NCBI GenBank assembly: GCA_964016885.1 | Contig: OZ024749.1 | Location: 10,912,001-10,976,000, forward strand | From: Eledone cirrhosa | Lineage: Eukaryota | Length of the DNA stretch: 64,000 bases | Direction of reading: 5' to 3' | In this document: in pieces, positions 42,766-57,039 of the stretch | Layout of the letters: each line of letters starts with the position of its first letter | Numbering within the stretch: the stretch's first letter is position 1 | Notes under the pieces: generated by a model | Databases searched by the model: none | What the model was told of the DNA's origin: nothing | What the model saw: only the letters and a program-made list of their open reading frames with translations | Position numbers and translations under genes: made by a program

Positions 42766-43335
42766 CTAATGGATACGGTTTAAACTACCAGAACTTTTAG
42801 GTCTATAATAGAAGAAAGAATTAGAAATGGCATGTGGACAGAAAGAAAATATTTCAGATTTTCTATTAAGCAATATGTTCCTAGAGAAAATTATAGAGTG
42901 GGTCTCTAGGATACAAAGATTACAGAATTTAGTGTGTGTTGATAGGTGATTAGATTGTGCTACCATACGCCAATTTAGGCTATATGGTATACCAGCCCCT
43001 TTTAAATCCCAGATATGGTGTGCCAAAGAAGTAGAGTTCTTAAACTTGATATGCTTAAAATTAGAAATATGTGAATTAAACCTAGTTTTAAAAGTATTAG
43101 ATGTGGAGCCTATATATGTTCTACAAGAAGAATTAGTCTTAACTTCACATGCATAAACAATATTCCTAGAGAGGCAGTGACCATTTAAAGGGCAGTTATT
43201 ACTTAATCTACAGTTACACTTCCATGTACTAGTGACTAGCTGATTACGCGATGCATTATTCCTAGGGTTATTATAAGATAAGATCTGCTCGGGTGGTAAG
43301 TTATTAATAGAGCTATCTAGATTAGTGGTACGCAA
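42766..43335 (-). CDS. GIY-YIG endonuclease domain of a PLE (5'-truncated)
   Basis: CNCR..CPL..CL..NIVY..TYIGST..FKTRF..H..HIW..CNLC..E..LLN. Confidence 0.8.
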   Translation of the reverse strand: MRTTNLDSSINNLPPEQILSYNNPRNNASRNQLVTSTWKCNCRLSNNCPLNGHCLSRNIVYACEVKTNSSCRTYIGSTSNTFKTRFNSHISNFKHIKFKNSTSLAHHIWDLKGAGIPYSLNWRMVAQSNHLSTHTKFCNLCILETHSIIFSRNILLNRKSEIFSFCPHAISNSFFYYRPKSSGSLNRIH

Positions 43336-43407
43336 AGAGGAGTATATCTATATATATGTATATATATATATCTATATATATGTTATTAATAGAGCTATCT
43401 AGATTAA

Positions 43408-45208
43408 TTAAAATTAATCGACCAGGTCATGAAGGTCACGGAAAAAGTAATAGCGCAACTAATCAGAGAGAGAATTGACCTAGATGAAATGCAGTTCGGG
43501 TTTGTGTCAGGCAAAAGTACCACAGACGCTCTTTTCATAGTACGACAACTACAGGAGAAGTACCTAGCTAAAAGTAAACCCCTCTACTTAGCTTTTGTCG
43601 ACTTGGAGAAAGCCTTCGACAGAGTCCCCCGCTCCATTATCTGGTGGGCTCTTAGAAAACTAGGCGTTGACGAATGGCTTGTGAGGGCTATACAAGCGAT
43701 GTATAAAGAAACAGTCAGCAAGGTTAGAATTAACAACGAATATAGTGAAGAGTTTAACGTAAAAGTTGGCGTCCATCAGGGCTCTGTTCTCAGCCCACTA
43801 CTATTTATTATTGCCCTTCAGGCTATAACAGAGGAGTTCAAGACAGGCTGCCCATGGGAACTCCTATACGCAGACGACCTGACACTCATAGCGGAATCAA
43901 TGGCCGAGCTAGAGAAGAAATTCCAAACATGGAAGCACGGCCTAGAGTCAAAAGGACTTAAAATTAACCTGGCTAAGACCAAAGTACTAGTTTGTAGGAA
44001 AGAAAACAAGGCGGCGGTCCCTTCTGGGAAATGGTCGTGCTCGGTGTGTAGGAAAGGCGTAGGTAGAAACTCCATTTTATGTCCTAAATGCAAAGTATGG
44101 GTGCATAAAAGATGTAGTGGGATCACAGGTAAGCTAACTAAGAACATAGATTTTACATGTGGCCGGTGCTCTGGTGCAATAAGTAGCAGCAAGTGCCCAC
44201 AAACTACTAGCTCTTTCAATTGCGCAGAGGGTTCTATAGAAATAGTGGACAGCTTCCGTTACCTGGGCGATAAAATCAGCAGTGGGGGAGGGTGCTCTGA
44301 AAGTACTGTAGCTAGAGTCAGAACTGGTTGGAAAAAGTTCAGAGAGCTTATACCACTATTAGCTGCTAAAGGGTTCTCACTAAAAATGAAAGGCAGGTTG
44401 TACGATGCCTGCATACGAACAGCAATGCTGCATGGCAGTGAGACCTGGGCATTGTGTGCAGAGGATATACGCAGACTAGAGAGGAACGAAGCTTGCATGC
44501 TCCGCTGGATGTGTAACAGTAATATACGTGAACGGCAAAGCATAAACGAACTAAGGAAAAAATTAGAGATAAGAGGGATCAGATGTTGTTTACTCGAGAG
44601 AAGGCTACGTTGGTATGGACACGTGATGCGCATGAAAGTCGATAGCTGTATAACAAAGTGCAGGGCAATAAAGATAGACGGTAGTCACGGAATAGGCAGA
44701 CCTAGAAAAACCTGGGACGAGCTGATAAACTCCGACATCACACACTTACACCTCTCCAAGACAATGTCACTGGACCGAGACCTTTGGCGGTACTCAGTAA
44801 CAGAGAAGACCCGCCTTACCTAAATATATAGTAAAACCTACTCCAGCCAGTAGGCATCTCTAACAAAATACACCCCGTCCCACCACCCCCACCCCCACCC
44901 CATCCACACCACCCCGTTCTATGTAAAGTTATGTTGGTGCCGCGCCATCGAGGCCAAAACAAATGAGATCGTGTAGGTGTCACGACAAAAAAACACACAG
45001 TCCACGCTGTAATGTGGCCGTGTAGGCAACACGGTAAAAACCTCCCAGACCCACACTGTAAATGTGGTTGGTGTTAGGAAGGGCATCCAACTGTAGAAAA
45101 CCTGCCAGACAGTCCTATGCGAGCAAGACAATCACTCTTGCCTCAAGTGGGACTACCCCCGTCCAAACCCATGCAAGCGTGGAACACGGACGTTAAACGT
45201 TGATGATG

Positions 45209-45212
<4 letters not shown>
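43408..45212 (+). mobile_element. Young 5'-truncated RTE family B
   Basis: Uninterrupted ORF, full 3' UTR and (GAT)n tail. Confidence 0.92.
43429..44823 (+). CDS. RTE reverse transcriptase with C4HC3 Cys-rich insert
   Basis: QFGF, FVDLEKAFD, GVHQGSVLSP, YADD, CSVC..CPKC..HKRC..CGRC, FRYLG. Confidence 0.9.
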   Translation: MKVTEKVIAQLIRERIDLDEMQFGFVSGKSTTDALFIVRQLQEKYLAKSKPLYLAFVDLEKAFDRVPRSIIWWALRKLGVDEWLVRAIQAMYKETVSKVRINNEYSEEFNVKVGVHQGSVLSPLLFIIALQAITEEFKTGCPWELLYADDLTLIAESMAELEKKFQTWKHGLESKGLKINLAKTKVLVCRKENKAAVPSGKWSCSVCRKGVGRNSILCPKCKVWVHKRCSGITGKLTKNIDFTCGRCSGAISSSKCPQTTSSFNCAEGSIEIVDSFRYLGDKISSGGGCSESTVARVRTGWKKFRELIPLLAAKGFSLKMKGRLYDACIRTAMLHGSETWALCAEDIRRLERNEACMLRWMCNSNIRERQSINELRKKLEIRGIRCCLLERRLRWYGHVMRMKVDSCITKCRAIKIDGSHGIGRPRKTWDELINSDITHLHLSKTMSLDRDLWRYSVTEKTRLT

Positions 45213-45253
<41 letters not shown>

Positions 45254-45414
45254 CTATATATATGTATATATATCTATATATATGTATATATATATCTATA
45301 TATATGTATATATATCTATATATATGTATATATATCTATATATATGTATATATATCTATATATATGTGTATATATATATATATGTGTATATATATATATA
45401 TGTGTATATATATG

Positions 45415-45451
<37 letters not shown>

Positions 45452-45596
45452 GTGTATACATATATATATGTATATATATCTATATATGTATATATCTATA
45501 TATATGTATATATAAATGTATATATATCTATATATATCTATATATATATGTATATATATCTATATATATGTATATATATATGTATATATATCTATA

Positions 45597-45639
<43 letters not shown>

Positions 45640-45719
45640 ATATCTATATATATATATATATATATATCTATATATATATATATATATATATATATTTAGA
45701 TATATATATATATATTTAG

Positions 45720-45769
<50 letters not shown>

Positions 45770-45855
45770 CTATATATATGTATATATCTATATATATACA
45801 TATATAGATATATACATATATAGATATATACATATATAGATATATACATATATAG

Positions 45856-45887
<32 letters not shown>

Positions 45888-45952
45888 CTATATATATGTA
45901 TATATCTATATATATACATATATAGATATATACATATATAGATATATATATA

Positions 45953-45983
<31 letters not shown>

Positions 45984-46055
45984 CTATATATATGTATATA
46001 TCTATATATATACATATATAGATATATACATATATAGATATATATATATATATAG

Positions 46056-46087
<32 letters not shown>

Positions 46088-46292
46088 CTATATATATGTA
46101 TATATCTATATATATACATATATAGATATATACATAGATAGATATATATATATATGTATATATATATCTATATATATGTATATATCTATATATATACATA
46201 TATAGATATATACATATATAGATATATATATATACATATATATATATCTATATATATGTATATATCTATATATATGTATATATATCTATATA
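45213..46292. repeat. TA-derived array with mixed CTAT/GATA polarity
   Basis: Direct inspection. Confidence 0.95.
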
Positions 46293-46840
46293 TCATCATC
46301 ATCATCATCATCATCAACGTATAACGTCCGTGTTCCACGCTTGCATGGGTTTGGACGGGGGTAGTCCCACTTGAGGCAAGAGTGATTGTCTTGCTCGCTT
46401 AGGACTGTCTGGCAGATTTTCTACAGTTGGATGCCCTTCCTAACACCAACCATATTTACAGTGTGGGTCTGGGAGGTTTTTACCGTGTTGCCTACACGGC
46501 CACATTACAGCGTGGACTGTGTGTTTTTTTGTCGTGACACCTACACGATCTCATTTGTTTCGGCCTGGATGGCGCGGCACCAACATAACTTTACATAGAA
46601 CGGGGTGATGGCGGGACGGGGTGTATTTTGTTAGAGATGCCTACTGGCAAGGCGGGTCTTCTCTGTTACTGAGTACCGCCAAAGGTCTCGGTCCAGTGAC
46701 ATTGTCTTGGAGAGGTGTAAGTGTGTGAGGTCGGAGTTTATCAGCTCGTCCCAGGTTTTTCTAGGTCTGCCTATTCCGTGGCTACCGTCTATCTTTATTG
46801 CCCTGCACTTTGTTATACAGCTATCGACTTTCATGCGCAT
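46293..46840 (-). mobile_element. RTE family B 3' fragment
   Basis: Reverse complement of 44626-45212 with a small UTR deletion. Confidence 0.9.
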
Positions 46841-48726
<1,886 letters not shown>

Positions 48727-49668
48727 ATAACTTTGAAATGTTTTGGCCAGTATTGGCCCAGGCCATGTCTAACTTAATAGCACCACCTGGCGAAGTCTTT
48801 CAATTCAGGATTTGGGCACCATGGCCCATTCGAGAAGAGAATTACTGTTTGCGGAGACATATCCGGGTGTGGGTGGTTTGTCCGGGATTACTTGGAGGAA
48901 TTTGTCCAAAGACTTCTTGAATTTTGTGTGGTCAGTTTCTGTTTTGACGTGTCCTGGTGTGATGTTGAAGAGAGCAGGGCCGATTGAGGTGAAATAATTG
49001 TGCCGTATTGTTGTTATGAGTTGCGATTTAGATTTTTGAATGGGACGGATAGCACGGGGCCCAAGCCTTGGGTGTATCTTGAAGGCGATGCCAACATCAT
49101 TTGGGCAGTGATGATGGAACATTTTCCACATCATGCAGATAATATAACGCTCACGGCGACGTTGGAGTGAGTAAAGTTTCAGGTTTTCTAATCGACCCCA
49201 GTAGTCAAGGTCTGACATGCCATCTATCTTTTTCGTGATTGCCCTTTGAGGAGCTTCAAGTTTCATGATACTTTGTTTCGTGTGGGGAGACCACAGTAGA
49301 CAACAGTATTCAAGGTGTGGTCGGGCGAAAGTAGAGAAGAGAAGGATAATGGTGCGGGAATCTCTCGACTGGAAGGTTCTGAGGATCCAGGAACACATTC
49401 TGCGGGCCATGTCAACTTTGCTGCTTATATGCGTGGTCCAGCTTATGTTGCTGTCCACGGTTACTCCCAAGTCTCTGATGTTGTTAGATGCCACGAGAGT
49501 TTCCCCGGAGGGAAGGGAGTACGGGAGTTTCAGAGCATCCGCTTTTCCAAAGTGGATCAGTTCGAATTTGTCTTCGTTCAGTAACATGTTGTTCTTTTCT
49601 GCCCATTGGGTAACAACCAGTAGGTCTGACTGAAGGCTTATCCGGTCATCCACGCCATTGATGACCTT
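48727..49668 (-). mobile_element. CR1-like LINE 3' fragment (ORF 48805-49653)
   Basis: Nearly identical to 1824-2765. Confidence 0.92.
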
Positions 49669-50416
49669 ATATATATCTATATATATCTATATATATGTAT
49701 ATATATCTATATATATGTATATATATCTATATATATGTATATATATCTATATATATGTATATATATCTATATATATCTATATATATGTATATATATCTAT
49801 ATATATCTATATATATGTATATATATCTATATATATCTATATATATGTATATATATCTATATATATCTATATATATGTATATATATCTATATATATCTAT
49901 ATATATCTATATATATCTATATATATGTATATATATCTATATATATGTATATATCTTTATCTATATATATATATGTATATATGTATATATCTTTATCTAT
50001 ATATATATATGTATATATGTATATATCTTTATCTATATATATATATATGTATATATGTATATATCTTTATCTATATATATATATATATATATGTATATAT
50101 CTTTATCTATATATATATATGTATATATGTATATATTTTTATCTATATATATATATGTATATATGTAGATATTTTTATCTATATATATGTATATATGTAT
50201 ATATCTTTATATATATATGTATATATGTATATATCTTTATCTATATATATATATGTATATATGTATATATCTTTATCTATATGTATATATGTATATATTT
50301 TTATCTATATATATATATGTATATATGTATATATTTTTATCTATATATATATATGTATATATGTATATATCTTTATCTATATATATATATGTATATATGT
50401 ATATATCTTTATCTAT

Positions 50417-50472
<56 letters not shown>

Positions 50473-50552
50473 CATATGTATATATATATATATATCTATA
50501 TATATATATGTATATATATATGTATATATATATATATCTATATATATATATG

Positions 50553-50586
<34 letters not shown>

Positions 50587-50598
50587 TCTATATATATG

Positions 50599-50637
<39 letters not shown>
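49669..50637. repeat. TA-derived minisatellite (CTAT/GTAT/CTTT)
   Basis: Direct inspection. Confidence 0.95.
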
Positions 50638-50638
<1 letters not shown>

Positions 50639-50939
50639 AGCATTAACTTTGGACGGTCTTTCTTTCTGACTCTGTCCTTCACTTATTGTTTTTAAGAGAA
50701 CTTTTGATTGCTTCATATGACAAATAGTTCATACATTATGAAGCTTTTGATATTTTGCTTTTGATCACTTTGAAACATGCAGCTTCTTATTGAAGAACAG
50801 AAGGCATGTTTTTCTCCTTTATAAATGCCCAGTCGGCAACTGTACCTTGTGATTCTTGTGATTCTAGTGATTGCAGCTTTAGTGGAATCATCATTAAGTC
50901 TATTCTATTCTATCACATTTGCACATAAAGTTAATGCAG

Positions 50940-51240
50940 ATGGAAAGGAAAAGATGGAAAGAATTAAATGAAAAAGAAAATAAATGAAAGAAAGATTGAT
51001 GGAAAGAAAGAAAGATTGAAAGAGTATTTGAAAGAAAGGGAAGAAAGAAATTTTGAAGTAAAGATTGAAAGAAAGTTATAAAGAATAAGGAAGGAATGAC
51101 TGAAAGAAAACTATAAAATAGAAAGTTATACAGAAAGAATGAAAGAAAGAAAGTTTGAAATAAGGTTTTAAAGAAAGAAACAAAAAAGCAACATTGAAAG
51201 AAACATTAAAAAAAATAAAGAAAGACTAATAAAAATCTAG
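50940..51240. repeat. Degenerate (GAAA)n polypurine tract
   Basis: Direct inspection. Confidence 0.8.
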
Positions 51241-51247
51241 AGATAAA

Positions 51248-51430
51248 TAATAATTGTTTCTACTTTAGGCACAATTACCCAGTGCATTACTGGTACTTTA
51301 TTTTATCGACCCCGTAAGGATGAAAGGCAAAGTCAACCTTGGCGGGATTTGAACTCAGACCATACAGGGAGGTAACTCTATGCTTCAAAGCATGGCATCC
51401 AACCCTCTACCGATACTGTCAATCCACCAC
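51248..51430 (-). mobile_element. S2 SINE
   Basis: Matches other S2 copies. Confidence 0.8.
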
Positions 51431-51459
51431 CCTAGAGATAAATAATAATAGTAATAATT

Positions 51460-52925
51460 ATTATTTCTTTTTTGGCCACAAGGGCCGACATCATCATCAT
51501 CATCATCATTTTACGTCCGCTTTTCCCTGCTTGCAAGGGTGGGAGGGGTCCTATTCAGCACAGCATCTCTCCACTTATCACGGTCCTTCATCATCTCCTC
51601 GGTGAGCTTCAGCGATCTGAGGTCTACTCTCACCACCTCCGTGCATGTTTTCCATGGTCTTCCTCTACTGCGTCTTCCTTCTACTGGGATTTCTTGGCAC
51701 TTCTTTACCATATAGGGGGCAATACAATAGACAGGGACAGTGAGGCTTTACCTATATAATGTATAAACAATATAAATAACAATAAAAATGCAAACAACAG
51801 AGTTCTCCAGAGGTGACTCAGGTACCACACCAATACTAAACCACCTGATGCACTTCTCTCTCCACCCTCACCTTCCTTTGCAAGTGAAACTTGAAAAAGT
51901 TGAGGAATTGGCTGAAGAGAAAAGTGTTAGTCTTCAGTCCTTTCCACCTGGTCCACTTTACAACTTCTTTCACTACTGCCACCAAACACAGGAAAATTGC
52001 CCGCCCTTCCCGCCCAAAAGAAGGTGGCGGGGCAGTCTTCACTATGGACTCGCTGTTTGACATAATTCCATTAGTCAGTAATGCATGGACACTGGACGAG
52101 TGCATGCAGAACAGTTTTGTTGTTCTGTGTGCATCTTGGGCAGATCCGTCTGACAGCATTTCCATGCCTGTAGAGTTTATCTTGAATGTGCAGTGCCTCT
52201 TGGAAGCACTGCCAAGCAAGGGATTTCTGGAGGTTGTCCATAGTTCCTGACTCAAAATTCCTCCTGGTCAGTTCAACTTGGTCAGTTCAACTTGGTCAAT
52301 TCAACTGGTCAGTTCAACTTGGTCAATGCTCAGAGCCTCTCTAAGTGCGTTATCGCACTTGCCCACCACTAATCCTCTATAGAACTCAAGAGTGGAAGTT
52401 CCACTGACTGCATTGACTGCCTGGTAGAGGGCAGTGAGTGCCTGGCAACATTCCAGATGCCAGTCACCCAGTTTCAGTCTCTTCTTGACCCACGACTCCA
52501 GCTCAGTCAAAGAGATGAGCTGTGGAAAGGCCTGCCTGACAGACAGTGACCGCACCTGTTCACCGTTTAAGCAGAATATCTTGAGATGCTGCAGCCTCAG
52601 CACATGTTTGTGCATCATTAGCCACGGCATGCCTAGCCCTCTGTGAAGAGGGTGCTGGCAGCAGATGAACCACCTCACCAATGGAACTTGTCCCCTCCAC
52701 AAGAAGTTGAAGAGAGGAGCCATTCCAATTTGACGAAGCGCAAATGGAGGCAAGGCTCGACGGTCAGGCAGTAGTAGAGGACGAACACGGTGTACGCATT
52801 CACCACCTCCACCTGACCTTTCAGAGACAGCTTACTCTTGGTCCATTTCTGGGTGAGTGTGGCTACCCTGATTGTACCCTCTTCCCAATTCTTATCCACA
52901 ATGGACGACACAAAAAGACAGTGAC
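51460..52925 (-). mobile_element. Tx1/L1-clade fragment with an RTE family C insert (51489-51710) in its 3' UTR
   Basis: LSLKGQVEVVN, FNFLWRG, GLGMP motifs. Homologous to 4229-4942. Confidence 0.8.
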
Positions 52926-53075
52926 AGAACAATAATTATAGCAAAGGCAACATGACCCAAACCAGTAATGACCACAACTATGTTATAATAATTTCTCTAC
53001 TGTCCAATCAAAGTAACATAAGGACTTCCCTCAAAGTAGTAGATATATTTTCTCCAAAGGAAAAGTTGTTTATAA

Positions 53076-53803
53076 TAATGATGGTGGTGATGGTGATGGT
53101 GGTGATGATGGTGATGGTGGTGATGGTGATGGTGATGGTGGTGATGGTGGTAGTGATGGTGGTGGTGGTGGTAGTGATGATGGTGGTGGTGGAGGTAGTG
53201 ATGATTGTGATTGTGATGGTGGTGATGATGGTGATGGTGGTGGTAGTGATGATGGTGATGGTGATAGTGATGGTGGTGATGGTGGTGATGATGATGATGG
53301 TGGTGGTGATAGTGATGGTGGTGGTGATAGTGATGGTGGTGGTAGTGATGATGGTGATGGTGATAGTGATGGTGGTGATGATGGTGGTGATGGTGATGGT
53401 GGTGATAGTGATGGTGGTGGTAGTGATGATAGTGATGGTGATAGTGGTGGTGGTGGTGGTGGTAGTGGTGATGGTGATGGTGATGGTGATGGTGGTGGTA
53501 GTGATGATGGTGATGGTGGTGGTGGTGGTGGTGGTGGTAGTGATGATGGTGATGGTGGTGGTGGTGATGATGGTGATGATGGTGGTGGTGGTGGTGATGG
53601 TGATGGTGATGATGGTGATGATGGTGGTGGTAGTGATGATGGTGATGGTGGTGATGGTGGTGGTGATGGTGATGGTGGTGGTGGTGGTAGTGATGGTGGT
53701 GATGGTGGTGGTGATGATGGTGATGATGGTGGTGGTGATGGTGATGGTGGTGGTGGTGGTAGTGATGGTGGTGATGAGTTCAATAGTGATGATGGTGATA
53801 ATG
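53076..53803. repeat. (GGT/GAT/AGT)n trinucleotide array
   Basis: Direct inspection. Confidence 0.95.
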
Positions 53804-53811
53804 ATTTCTTT

Positions 53812-54007
53812 ATAATAATTGTTTCTACTTTTGGCACAAGGCCAGCAATTACCCCAGTGCATTACTGGTACTTTATTTTATTGACCCCCGTAAGGATGAA
53901 AGGCAAAGTTAACCTCGGCGGGATTTGAACTCAGACCATAAAGGGCCGTAACTCTATGCTGCAAAGCATGGCGTCTGACCCTCTGCCGATACTGCCAATC
54001 CACCGCC
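53812..54007 (-). mobile_element. S2 SINE, full length
   Basis: tRNA-like head GGCGGTGGATTGGCAG, B-box and Nin-like body. Confidence 0.85.
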
Positions 54008-54202
54008 ATAATAATAACAGTAGTGTCAACATTTAAATACTAGGTTTGAATACTTTACTTCATATCTGTCCTTTCATGGAATCCAGTTGACCTTTTCATC
54101 CCTTTGGTGTTGATAAATAATACTGGGGTTTGATTCCTCTTCTATTTCTGTCTTTTTCTGGAGTCCACTTTAGGAAAAACTGCCTTTGAAATTTTCTAAT
54201 AT

Positions 54203-55482
54203 TAGAGAAGAATAAGCCACTATACTTAGCTTTTGTTGACCTAGAGAAGGCCTTTGATAGGGTACCCTGATCTGTCATCTGGTGGTCCTTAAGGAAACTA
54301 GAGGTAGAGGAATGGCTTGTGAGGACAGTGCAAGCTATGTACAGGGGTGCTGTCAGTAAAGTGAGAATAGGAATGGAGTTTAGTGAGGAATTCCAGATAC
54401 AAGTAGGTGTACATCAAGGTTCGGTCCTCAGCCCACTCTTGTTCATTTGTTCTTATAGTCCTCCAAGCCATAACGGAGGAGTTTAAGACTGGATGCCCAT
54501 GGGAACTTCTCTATGCTGACGATCTGGTTCTTATAGCAGAATCAGTAGAGGAGCTAGAGAATAAATTCTTGCTATGAAAACTGCAGTTGGAATCAAGAGG
54601 CCTGAGAGTGAACATAGCTAAAACAAGTGTTGATAAGTAGAAGAGAGGACAATACTCTGATTCCATCAGGGAAATGGCCATGTTTGATATGTAGGAAAGG
54701 AACTGGCATAAATTCCATAAAATGTACGCAATGCAGATCTTGGGTACAAAAGAGATGTAGTGGAATAGCAGGCAAACTAACAGGTAGGGAAAACTAGCAG
54801 TAGTAATCGATGTGATAGACTCATTTTTCCAATGCAGGTGGGTTCTATAGAAGTGGTTGATAGCTTCCAGTACCTAGGTGATCAGATTAGCATGGGAGGG
54901 GGGTGTTCCGAGGCCATAGTATCTAGAAGAAGGATGGGTTGGAAGAAGTTTAGGGAGATGTTTCCTCTGTTGACAAAGAAGGGTTTCTCCCTGCATACGA
55001 AAGGACAGTTATATGATGCCTGTGTGAGATACGTGATGCTGCATCATAATGAGACATGGGCAGCAACTGCAGAAGATATGCGATGGCTGGAAAGAAATGA
55101 AGCAAGTATGTTCCGTTGGATGTGCAATGTCAATGTGCATGAATGACCAAGCATAGACGAGTTGAGAAAGAAACTGGGTATAAGAGGGATAAGTTGTGGT
55201 GTGCAGGTGAGAAGGCTGAGATGGTATGGACATGTGATGCGCATAGAGGGTGACCGATGGACGAAGAAGTGCCAGGAAGTCCCAGTTGAGGGAAGATGCA
55301 ATAGAGGTAGACCACGAAAAATATGGGCGGAGGTGGTGAAAGCAGACCTCAGATCGTTGAAACTCACCGAGGAGATGACGAAGGACTGTGACGGGTGGAG
55401 AGATGCTGTGCTGAATAGGACCCATCCAACCCTTGCAAGCAGGGAAAAGCAGACGTAAAATGAGGATGATGATGATGATGAT
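54203..55482 (+). mobile_element. RTE family C, decayed
   Basis: [25 protein letters not shown]. Tail present. Confidence 0.9.
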
Positions 55483-56540
55483 GGTTCATTTTAACTCAAC
55501 AGAAAGACTCTATATTGTGGTTGGTGTGTATAAAGGGAGGAGGTGATGTTTCTCCCCAAATTAGTGGAAGTGATATAATCTCAATCAGGGATTTAACCCT
55601 TTCATTATATTTCTAATGGAAGGCACTGATTATGATTTTCAATCATTTTGAAAATAATCAAGAATTGGTCATGGTGGGGGTCATTTAGTAATTTAACCAA
55701 AATTATAATTAGCATGGTTATGTTTGGAACATAACTTAAGAAAGATTCTTGCATAAAATTATGATGTAAGATTTTTAGATAAATATAAACATTTTATGAT
55801 AAAGAGTTTTGTATTTGCGAATGAGGGTCAGCTTCAAGTAATATAATACAGTTTGGTATGTGAGAACCATTGTCAGGTAGTATAAGGCAGTCTTGTAATA
55901 TCATGAGCTCATTGAGGGTTGTGTTGAACATGACTCACTTTCAATATTTAGCAATATCACTGAGAGTGTTCTTCAGTTAAATTTAATAACTGATTTAATA
56001 TAACATCTTATTTTTTAATATTTATAATTCTATTTTCTGGATGCTGGAACTGTGTGACATAAATGGTAAGAAGACAACAACATCAAAATATGACAAAATT
56101 TTGAGAAATCGAAATATTTCAATATTTAAATAAATATTAACGATTTATATTTACATTTGATGAAGAGAAATATGAAAAAAAGAAAGTCAAAATGAAACAA
56201 AAACAAAATTATATTTTATTTTAAAATATTAATTTCTGAATAAAGTAGTTTCAGTTGAAAGATGAAATAGGATTGAGAGAGAAGAGAATTAATGAGATAG
56301 TGACAATGAAACAATAAAGAAATCAGAGAGGTGTGAGAAAATGAGAGAGGGATGAGAGAATTGGTGATAGAGAGAATAGAGATAAATAGATAGGTAAACA
56401 GATAGATGGATAGATAAGAGGGTGAGAGAAATAAAGATCAGTGACATTCAGAAATAAGAGATTGATTGTTAGGGGAGATTGTATATGTATGTGTGTATAT
56501 ATATATTTGTATGTATGTATAAATAAATATATATATATAT

Positions 56541-56737
56541 ATAGGAACCAGTAAGACCCCGACAGCTGAGCTCAAGCCGTTTCGACGGCTAATTCTGGAC
56601 TCCAGAATTAGCCGTCGAAACGGCTTGAGCTCAGCTGTCGGGGTCTTACTGGTTCCTATTACCCACTCTACTACCCCAAGTATTGAGTACTTTGGTGCGT
56701 TATGGTCCACCTGGTTCCTTACCACATTTCCTTCGTT
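56541..56737 (+). mobile_element. Fold-back unit family P4, copy 2 (59-bp arms 56541-56599/56601-56659, tail 56660-56737)
   Basis: Perfect hairpin. Reverse complement of 14764-14960. Confidence 0.75.
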
Positions 56738-56760
56738 ATATATATATATATATATATATA

Positions 56761-56899
56761 AACAAAGAAGGTGTAGTAAGATACCAGGTGGACCATAACA
56801 CACCAGAGTACTCGATACTTAGGGTAGTAGAGTGGGTAATAGGAAAAGAGTCAGGACCCCAACGACTGAGCTCCATCTGTTTCAACAGCTAGATTCCTA
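56761..56899 (-). mobile_element. Diverged P4 relative without inverted arm
   Basis: Shares CCAGGTGGACCATAAC and GGTAGTAGAGTGGGTAATAGGAA. Confidence 0.65.
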
Positions 56900-57039
56900 T
56901 GTATGTATGTATGTATGTATGTATGTATGTATGTATGTATGTATGTATGTATGTATGTATGTATAAATATGTATGTATGTATGTATGTATAAATATGTAT
57001 ATATGTATGTATAAATATGTATGTATGTGTATGTATAAA

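Larger units (their letters stand above)
40977..43338 (-). mobile_element. 5'-truncated Penelope-like element family P5: GIY-YIG ORF, about 1.8 kb AT-rich 3' region, terminal hammerhead
   Basis: ORF 42766-43335. The terminus matches the 21939 unit. Linkage across the AT-rich span is inferred. Confidence 0.7.

Noticed and set aside
50640-50938. MITE with 11-bp TIR GCATTAACTTT
   Set aside because: Single short match, no target duplication or second copy. May be chance.
52952-53862. Poly-Val/Met, poly-Thr and poly-Pro ORFs (mucin/extensin-like)
   Set aside because: Pure trinucleotide repeat open in multiple frames, with no gene context.
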